Translations under genes and position numbers: made by a program
Notes under the pieces: generated by a model
Database searches by the model: none
What the model was told of the DNA's origin: nothing
The model's input: only the letters and a program-made list of their open reading frames with translations
Origin: Moraxella nasicaprae
Lineage (GTDB): Bacteria > Pseudomonadota > Gammaproteobacteria > Pseudomonadales > Moraxellaceae
Assembly: GCF_025643275.1 (NCBI RefSeq)
Contig: NZ_CP089977.1
Location: 1,110,001-1,142,000 of the forward strand
Length of the DNA: 32,000 nucleotides
Reading direction: 5' to 3'
Shown: piece by piece, positions 26,201 through 32,000 of the stretch
How positions within the stretch are numbered: position 1 is the stretch's first letter
How the letters are laid out: each line of letters starts with the position of its first letter

Positions 26201-26937
26201 GCTTGCCCCCTTGTGTTACGCAGTTTTTTGGCATAGCGAGCTGCTGGATTGGCAAGAATCTCAAAGCGATTCATGAACAGCATGATGACTGTGGTCAGTA
26301 GCAGATAGATGAACGCTGCCGCCAGATAAAAAGTGAATGGCTTTTGGGTGGATTGGGCGGCTCGCTGGGCATAGTACATCAAATCGTGCAAACCAACCAC
26401 CGAGATAAGAGCGGTATCTTTGAGCAGTACCAGCGTCAAGTTACCAAGACCTGGTAGGGCGACCATCCACATCTGTGGCAAAATGATACGAAAAAAAGTC
26501 TGAGCAGGACGCATACCGATGCTTTGAGCTGCTTCCCATTGACCTTTTGGAATGTCCTGAATCGCCATACGAAATACTTCGGTGGCATAAGCACCAAACA
26601 TCACAGATAAAGCCGTGACACCTGCCCAAAATGGACTGATGTCCACTCGTCCGTGATAGCCAAACAGTTTTAAGATGGCGAGCAAAATGATACTGCCACC
26701 AAAATAGATGAACAGCACCATGAGAAGTTCTGGAATCCCACGCACCACCGTGGTGTAGATGTTGGCAAGTTTTTCCAAAATCCAAATGCCAGATAGCTTA
26801 AATAACGCACCAATCAAGCCAAACAACAAGCCCAACACCAAGCTGGCAAATCCAAGCTTGATGGTGGTGATGGTGCCTTGCACAAGAATTGGGCCGTAGC
26901 CTTGCAAATCAAACACAATAATACCTTTAATGCCCAA
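26197..26937 (-). CDS. polar amino acid ABC transporter permease (HisQ/ArtQ-like)
   Basis: It is a multi-span protein that is translationally coupled to the downstream permease. The start is ambiguous between TTG 26937 and GTG 26916. Confidence 0.8.
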   Translation of the reverse strand: MGIKGIIVFDLQGYGPILVQGTITTIKLGFASLVLGLLFGLIGALFKLSGIWILEKLANIYTTVVRGIPELLMVLFIYFGGSIILLAILKLFGYHGRVDISPFWAGVTALSVMFGAYATEVFRMAIQDIPKGQWEAAQSIGMRPAQTFFRIILPQMWMVALPGLGNLTLVLLKDTALISVVGLHDLMYYAQRAAQSTQKPFTFYLAAAFIYLLLTTVIMLFMNRFEILANPAARYAKKLRNTRGQA

Positions 26938-27171
26938 TAATATGGTTGGTGTTGGCTAATCAAGATGCTACTTTGGCTGAGTTGATTAAACAATACCAAA
27001 TGATTTTGTTTATAATTATTAAAAAACTTTCTAAAACGGTCAATCTGCCAAGAAAACTTAGGACTATCTTAGACAGTTTGTTGTCAAAAATATACCGCCA
27101 GTGGACAACATAAAGCACATTGTAGCAAATCTTGCCACCAAAATAAAACTTTTTGATGGCAAGAGATGTGA

Positions 27172-27945
27172 TTATTGTGCATCTTTTGGTAGGGCTTCTT
27201 TGCCAAAATGTTTGATGACAATTTGTTCATAAGTGCCATCTGCTTTAATGGCAGCCAATGCTTCATCAAATTTGTGCAAAAGCTCGGTATTGCCCTTGTC
27301 CACAGCGACAGAGATTTTGTCATCAATGTCAATCTCATCGCCAACGACGGCAAAATCTTTGCCAATGTCGCTTTTTAGCCAGCTAAGAGCAGGTAATTTG
27401 TCAGAAATCATCGCATCAGCACGCCCATTACCAAGGTCAATGAATGCATTATCCAAAGTATCGTACAGTTGTGGTTTGCTGTTTGGATAGGTTTGGGTAA
27501 GCCATTGACTTGAAATGGTTGAGCGTTGGGCAGCGATTTTGGCAGATTCGATGTCTTTGATTGATTTTGGGTCAAATGACGCACCATTTTTCTTCAAAAA
27601 CACCAGCGAATTGACAAAATACGGCTGACTAAAATCCACTTGTTTGCTTCGTTCCTCGGTCACTGACATGGCTGAGACGATGGCATCAAATTTGCCTGTT
27701 TTTAGGGCAGGAATGATGCCGTCCCAGTCTTGTGCTGAGATTTCACAAGTGGTCTGCATTTTTTGGCACAAGGCATTGGCGATGTCGATGTCAAAACCAC
27801 CCAAACTGCCATCGGCATTGGTGTAGTTAAATGGTGCATAAGCTCCTTCGGTGGCGATACGCAAAGTTTGGGTTTGCTCGCCTTTGTCAGAGCCACAGCC
27901 CGCCAATGCAAGAGTGGCAATGATGCCAAACACCAATTTTTTCAT
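27172..27945 (-). CDS. polar/basic amino acid-binding lipoprotein, paralog 1 (type A)
   Basis: The lipobox is LAGC. The family 3 binding-protein core reads LRIATEGAYAPFNY ... GFDIDIANALC ... QDWDGIIPAL. It shares the segment ASFDPKSIKD with paralog 4. Confidence 0.85.
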   Translation of the reverse strand: MKKLVFGIIATLALAGCGSDKGEQTQTLRIATEGAYAPFNYTNADGSLGGFDIDIANALCQKMQTTCEISAQDWDGIIPALKTGKFDAIVSAMSVTEERSKQVDFSQPYFVNSLVFLKKNGASFDPKSIKDIESAKIAAQRSTISSQWLTQTYPNSKPQLYDTLDNAFIDLGNGRADAMISDKLPALSWLKSDIGKDFAVVGDEIDIDDKISVAVDKGNTELLHKFDEALAAIKADGTYEQIVIKHFGKEALPKDAQ

Positions 27946-27970
27946 TTATTTCACTCCTTGAAATGATGAT

Positions 27971-28762
27971 TTATTCAACCAAAGCAGGGTCAAAGTATTT
28001 GCCAGCGATTTCTTTGTATTTACCATTGGCTTTTAGGCTGGCAATGGCTGCGTTGAAGTTGTTGGCAAGTTCGGTGTCTGATTGACGCATGGCAATGGCA
28101 ACATTGTCATTGATGTCAATCGATTCGCCTTTAACCTCAAAGCCTTTGCCTTGTTCGGTGTTATTGAGCCAATCGGTTGCAGGGGCAATGTCAGACAGTA
28201 GATAATCAACACGACCCGCCGCCAAGTCTAGATAAGCATTGACCTGCTTGTCATAGATTTTGAGGTTGGCTTTTGGGTGGTTTTTTTCTAAGTATTGAGA
28301 CGATACGGTGGCTTGTTGAGCAGCAACATTTTTGCCATCAATATCGGCAATCGTGCCAGTATCGCCTTTTTTGCCAACCAAGACCAGCTTGTTGTTAAAA
28401 TACGGTTCGCTAAAATTTACAGTCTTGCGGCGTTCTTCGGTGGCAGACATACTGGCAAAAATGGCGTCATATTTATCTGCAATCAAACCAGGAATCAGTG
28501 AGTCCCAGTCGTAGGAAGTGATGGTGCATTCTGCTTTCATCTCTTCACACAGGGCGTGGATAAGGTCAATCTCAAAGCCCTGATGTTTGCCTTCTGCGTC
28601 CAAATAGCTAAAAGGCTTGTAGTTAGATTCAGTGGCGATGCGTAGCTGAACTTTACCACCATCGGTGGCTGGCTGGCTTTCTTGTGGCTTGTCGTTACCA
28701 CAAGCAACCAAAGTCAGGCTCAGTGTCGCTGCTGCTGTTCCTAGAACATACTTTTTCATCAT
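27971..28762 (-). CDS. polar/basic amino acid-binding lipoprotein, paralog 2 (type B)
   Basis: The lipobox is LVAC. I place the start at ATG 28762, with an AAAGGAGTG Shine-Dalgarno. It is roughly 60-70 percent identical by eye to paralog 3. Confidence 0.85.
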   Translation of the reverse strand: MMKKYVLGTAAATLSLTLVACGNDKPQESQPATDGGKVQLRIATESNYKPFSYLDAEGKHQGFEIDLIHALCEEMKAECTITSYDWDSLIPGLIADKYDAIFASMSATEERRKTVNFSEPYFNNKLVLVGKKGDTGTIADIDGKNVAAQQATVSSQYLEKNHPKANLKIYDKQVNAYLDLAAGRVDYLLSDIAPATDWLNNTEQGKGFEVKGESIDINDNVAIAMRQSDTELANNFNAAIASLKANGKYKEIAGKYFDPALVE

Positions 28763-28828
28763 AACACTCCTTTTTTGTGGTGAATTGGTACCGCTTAACT
28801 GTGTTTGGCAATCAATCGCCAAACTTTG

Positions 28829-28866
28829 GCTGATGTTTTGCTTGATGATTCAAACAAAACATCAGC
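28829..28866 (-). other. Perfect 12-bp intercistronic hairpin between binding-protein paralogs 3 and 2
   Basis: The hairpin is GCTGATGTTTTG (28829-28840), a 14-nt loop, then CAAAACATCAGC (28855-28866). It lies 12 nt after the paralog 3 stop codon and no U-tract follows it. Confidence 0.6.
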
Positions 28867-28877
28867 TGATACTGACA

Positions 28878-29648
28878 TTATTTGGTTGCACCAAAATATT
28901 TGTCAGAGATTTGTGCATATTTGCCATTGGCTTTTAGGCTGGCAAGTGCTGCATCAAATTGTGCCTTAAATGGACTGTCTTTGACAACGGCGATACCAAC
29001 TTTGTCGCCAATGTCAATCGGTTCGCCTTTAACCTCAAAATCCTTACCTTGCTCAGTGGTGAGCCAGTCAGAGATTGGCACGATGTCTGATAGCATAAAC
29101 TGGACACGACCAGCCGTCAAGTCTAAATATGCATTATCTTGCTTATCATAGACCTTGATGAGGGCTTTTGGGTGATTTTTTTGTAGATAATCTGCCGAGA
29201 CGGTCGCTTGTTGGGTGGCGACTGCCTTGCCATCAATGTCAGCGATGGTTGAAGTATCGCCTTTTTTGCCAACCAAGACCAGCGTGTTGTCAAAATAAGG
29301 TTCGCTAAAATCCACCACTTTTAGGCGTTCTTCGGTGATGGACATGCCTGCCATCACGGCATCAAATTTATCAGCATTAAGACCTGGAATCAGACCGTCC
29401 CAATCTTGGCTGGAAATTTCGCATTTGGTTTTCATTTCTTCGCACAAGGCATTGGCAAGGTCAATCTCAAACCCCGCCAAATTACCTTGATTATCCAGAT
29501 AGCTAAATGGCTTAAAACTAGATTCGGTGGCAATACGCACTACTTTTTCTTCTGTGTTGGCGGTAGTATTTTCGGTTTTATCGTTGCCACAGGCGGTTAG
29601 GGCGGTGATTGCTAGCACGGTGCTGGCGATTTTTAGGATTTTTGTCAT
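28878..29648 (-). CDS. polar/basic amino acid-binding lipoprotein, paralog 3 (type B)
   Basis: The lipobox is LTAC. I place the start at ATG 29648. It shares GKKGDT-TIADIDGK and many other segments with paralog 2. Confidence 0.85.
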   Translation of the reverse strand: MTKILKIASTVLAITALTACGNDKTENTTANTEEKVVRIATESSFKPFSYLDNQGNLAGFEIDLANALCEEMKTKCEISSQDWDGLIPGLNADKFDAVMAGMSITEERLKVVDFSEPYFDNTLVLVGKKGDTSTIADIDGKAVATQQATVSADYLQKNHPKALIKVYDKQDNAYLDLTAGRVQFMLSDIVPISDWLTTEQGKDFEVKGEPIDIGDKVGIAVVKDSPFKAQFDAALASLKANGKYAQISDKYFGATK

Positions 29649-29662
29649 TGTGATTCTCAATA

Positions 29663-30442
29663 TTAGTTACCAAAATGGAGTTTTTCTAGTTCTGCCAGTT
29701 TGCCGCTTTCTTTGACTTTTGCCAAAGCAGCGTCAATGTCAGCTTTTAGGGTATCGCCCTTGCGAACCGCAATGCCTAGATGGTCGTTGTTGTCAATCTC
29801 TTCGCCAACCAAGCCAAAACCTTGATTGTCTGCTTGTTTTAGCCAGTCGCTGGCGGAAACTTTTTCTGCCATCACAGCTTGGTTACGACCTGCTTTTAGG
29901 TCAAGATAGGCATTGGTATAGGTGTCATACAGCTTGACGGTATTGCCATCTTTGCCATCGTATTTTTCGCTGATGTAGGCAGCACCTGTGGTGGCTCTTT
30001 GACTGCCTAGGACAAGATTTTTGATGTTATTTGGGTCAAAGCTACCATCATTTTTGGCAAGCCAAACGATGGTGTTTGAAAAATAAGGTTCGCTAAAATC
30101 AACCTGAGCTTGGCGTTCTTTGGTGATGGACATACCAGCGATGATGGCGTCATAGTGATTGGCAAGCAGGCTTGGAATCAGACCGTCCCAATCTTGGGCT
30201 TTAATCTCGCATTCGGCATTCATTTCAGCACATACTGCTTGAATGACATCAACATCAAAACCGACAATTTTGCCATCTGGTGTGGTGTTGTTGAACGGAG
30301 GGTAGGCAGCTTCGGTGGCGATGGTCAGTTTGCGTTTTTCAGCAGTTGGCTGGGCATCTGCTTGCTCGGCTGACTTGTCTTGACCGCAGCCAACTAAGAC
30401 AGTACCACAAAGTACAGCAAGAGCGGTTAGGCGTTTTAGCAT
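29663..30442 (-). CDS. polar/basic amino acid-binding lipoprotein, paralog 4 (type A)
   Basis: The lipobox is LVGC. The core reads LTIATEAAYPPFNN ... GFDVDVIQAVC ... QDWDGLIPSL. It shares GSFDPNNIKN with paralog 1. Confidence 0.85.
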   Translation of the reverse strand: MLKRLTALAVLCGTVLVGCGQDKSAEQADAQPTAEKRKLTIATEAAYPPFNNTTPDGKIVGFDVDVIQAVCAEMNAECEIKAQDWDGLIPSLLANHYDAIIAGMSITKERQAQVDFSEPYFSNTIVWLAKNDGSFDPNNIKNLVLGSQRATTGAAYISEKYDGKDGNTVKLYDTYTNAYLDLKAGRNQAVMAEKVSASDWLKQADNQGFGLVGEEIDNNDHLGIAVRKGDTLKADIDAALAKVKESGKLAELEKLHFGN

Positions 30443-30526
30443 GATAAATCCTTAAAAAGTACAAATGAAAAAATCAACAATATTTAAGTCAAATATATTT
30501 TGGTAATCAAATCACACGGCACAAAA

Positions 30527-31309
30527 TCATTGGTGAGAGGCCATAAATTCACGCACACGGGGCGATTTTGGGTTGTCAAACACTTCGCTTGGCGTGCCAA
30601 TTTCTTCGATGCGACCTTGATGTAAAAAGACCACCTTGCTTGATACCTCACGAGCAAAACGCATCTCGTGGGTCACAATCAGCATCGTACGACCTTCTGC
30701 GGCTAATTCTCGCATCACCGCCAGCACTTCATTGACCAGCTCGGGGTCAAGAGCGGAGGTTGGTTCGTCAAATAGTAAGACTTGTGGACGCATGGCAAGT
30801 GAACGAGCGATGGCAACACGCTGTCTTTGACCGCCTGATAGATTGTCAGGGTAGGCGTCTTTTTTATCCAATAGACCCACTTTGGTCAATAGTCTTTCAG
30901 CGTCTTTAATCGCCTCTTCTTTGGATAAGCCTAAGACTTGCGTTGGTCCTTCGATGATGTTTTGCAAAATGGTCTTATGTGGCCATAGATTAAAACTTTG
31001 GAACACAAAGCCGATTTTGGAACGCAATTTTTCAAGCTGGCGTTTATCGGCGGCAATCAACTCGTCTTTTTTGGCTTTTAGTTTCAGCTCTTCTTGACCG
31101 ATAAAAATTTTGCCAGAGCTTGGGTTTTCAAGCAGGTTAATGCAGCGTAGCAGGGTTGATTTACCCGAACCTGATGAACCAAGAATGCTGATGACATCGC
31201 CATCGTGTGCGGTTAAAGACACGCCTTTTAAGACTTCCAGCGAGCCGTAATTTTTGTGAATGTCCTGCAAGTCTAATGCAATCGGTCTTGAATCTGAAAT
31301 GTCAGTCAT
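30527..31309 (-). CDS. polar amino acid ABC transporter ATP-binding protein (ArtP/HisP-like)
   Basis: The Walker A is GSSGSGKST, the signature is [14 protein letters not shown], and the Walker B is [12 protein letters not shown] place the start at ATG 31309 rather than the track start 31342. Confidence 0.9.
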   Translation of the reverse strand: MTDISDSRPIALDLQDIHKNYGSLEVLKGVSLTAHDGDVISILGSSGSGKSTLLRCINLLENPSSGKIFIGQEELKLKAKKDELIAADKRQLEKLRSKIGFVFQSFNLWPHKTILQNIIEGPTQVLGLSKEEAIKDAERLLTKVGLLDKKDAYPDNLSGGQRQRVAIARSLAMRPQVLLFDEPTSALDPELVNEVLAVMRELAAEGRTMLIVTHEMRFAREVSSKVVFLHQGRIEEIGTPSEVFDNPKSPRVREFMASHQ

Positions 31310-31472
31310 GGCTATCCTAATGTTGAAGTCGTCAAATATCAATCAATGCACCATCAATATATCGCATCAATTTTTTGGGTGCATCATCGCATTCTATATT
31401 TTTACCCAAAACATCAATAAAGGCAAATATTTTTCATCACTTTTTGTGATTTTATCAGCTTTTCTTGGATTT

Positions 31473-31491
31473 TTGTTAACATTATTAACAA
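31473..31491. promoter_or_regulatory. Inverted repeat (candidate operator) upstream of the amino acid ABC operon
   Basis: The repeat is TTGTTAA-CATTA-TTAACAA, with 7-bp perfect arms. It lies about 165 nt upstream of the ATPase start in a 405-nt AT-rich non-coding region. Confidence 0.3.
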
Positions 31492-31672
31492 ATAAGCAAT
31501 ATTTGGCAATAATATCCCATTTCATTTGTTGTACCACCAAGTTTTTTGTTCAGCATAAGTCCTTGAAATCATAATTGAGCGTTGATTTGGTTTGTGATTT
31601 TTTTTAGATGAATGTGAGCGTATTTATTGATGTTGATTTGGGCATGATAGGGCAGTGGTTATTGAATAAAAA

Positions 31673-31700
31673 AATTCCCCAAAAGATTTTTTGGGGAATT
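31673..31700 (-). terminator. Intrinsic terminator after gltA
   Basis: The 12-bp stem is AATTCCCCAAAA and TTTTGGGGAATT with a 4-nt loop. The minus strand is then followed by TTTTTTTATT. It begins about 15 nt after the gltA stop codon. Confidence 0.8.
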
Positions 31701-31714
31701 TAGGAACAAGCAGT

Positions 31715-32000
31715 TTATTTGCGTTCGTTCACTGGTACGAATTGACGGTGTGTTTCGCCAGTATAGCGTTGGCGTGGACGACCGATTTTGAAAGATTCTG
31801 AATGCATTTCTGTCCAGTGAGCAATCCAACCTGCGGTACGAGCCAAAGCAAAGATGACGGTAAACATCGAGGTTGGGATACCGATGGCTTTTAGGATAAT
31901 GCCAGAGTAGAAGTCCACATTCGGGTACAGCTTACGCTCGATGAAGTAAGGGTCTGATAGGGCGATTTTTTCTAGCTCCATTGCCAGTTGTAGTTTTGGA
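31715..32000 (-). CDS. gltA: citrate synthase, C-terminal part (gene continues beyond the window)
   Basis: [25 protein letters not shown] ... [17 protein letters not shown] ... RPRQRYTG closely matches the E. coli GltA C-terminus. The reading frame stays open to the window edge. Confidence 0.9.
   Translation of the reverse strand, partial: PKLQLAMELEKIALSDPYFIERKLYPNVDFYSGIILKAIGIPTSMFTVIFALARTAGWIAHWTEMHSESFKIGRPRQRYTGETHRQFVPVNERK

Noticed and set aside
31260-31574. A 104-aa + strand ORF upstream of the amino acid ABC operon.
   Set aside because: It starts inside the ATPase gene on the opposite strand and runs through AT-rich promoter DNA. The translation is rich in Phe/Ile/Leu/Asn, as expected from AT-rich non-coding sequence, and there is no ribosome binding site.
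31660-31701. TGAAT-A6-ATTCC near the gltA end, considered as an ARG box for the downstream transport operon.
   Set aside because: The spacing does not fit the 18-bp ARG box. The sequence is part of the 12-bp stem of the gltA terminator.
1-32000. Strong over-representation of the 7-mer TTGCCAA and its complement TTGGCAA, seen every few hundred bases. I considered it as a DNA uptake or Chi-like signal.
   Set aside because: The orientation follows the coding strand: TTGCCAA in + genes and TTGGCAA on the given strand in - genes. Where checked, it falls in frame as NTT-GCC-AAN, for example 594-600 encoding L-A-K in pcnB. It is therefore mainly a codon and dipeptide usage effect (Leu/Phe-Ala-Lys). 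A genome-wide frame-aware count would be needed to revive the idea.
1-32000. A search for mobile elements, CRISPR repeats, defence-system genes, toxin-antitoxin pairs and prophage remnants.
   Set aside because: I found no transposase-, integrase- or Cas-like translation, no regularly spaced direct repeats and no terminal inverted repeats. The only repeated DNA is between the paralogous binding-protein genes.

Overview
This window looks like core chromosome from a Moraxellaceae-type gammaproteobacterium. That call rests on Moraxella-like gene content, lipoprotein style and roughly mid-40s percent GC by eye; it is my inference, not a database hit. Coding density is high, with about 32 genes. 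I saw no rRNA, tRNA, CRISPR array, transposase, integrase or phage gene. On the + strand, in order: pcnB (5-prime end cut by the window edge), folK, panB, panC, rapZ and yjgA. Then come dsbA (-), ubiG, a MupP/Gph-like HAD phosphatase, yciK, and a CNNM/TlyC-type CBS-domain transporter (+). These are followed by a COG0523 GTPase and an orphan ompR (-), tex (+), and a small TbpB-like surface lipoprotein (+). On the - strand lie glmS, an NrtABD-type ABC importer, and a two-gene operon. That operon encodes a rubredoxin-fused NADH reductase and an acyl-CoA-dehydrogenase-fold protein. Next are hslO (+) and a small secreted protein (+). A polar amino acid ABC operon (-) carries four tandem lipoprotein binding-protein genes, and the 3-prime end of gltA (-) closes the window. 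There are two main leads. First, a previously unannotated Csr/Rsm-type small RNA candidate sits in the 365-nt yjgA-dsbA convergent gap. It has six GGA motifs in 89 nt, a GacA/UvrY-like palindrome, an extended -10 and a perfect terminator hairpin. Second, the module of ACAD-fold protein, rubredoxin-reductase fusion and NrtABD-like importer matches no pathway I recognise. Lesser leads are the orphan TbpB-like lipoprotein, the A-B-B-A array of four binding proteins, an orphan OmpR, a sigma-32-type promoter for hslO, and structured RNA regions around glmS. All functional calls come from reading motifs in the supplied translations; no searches were run.
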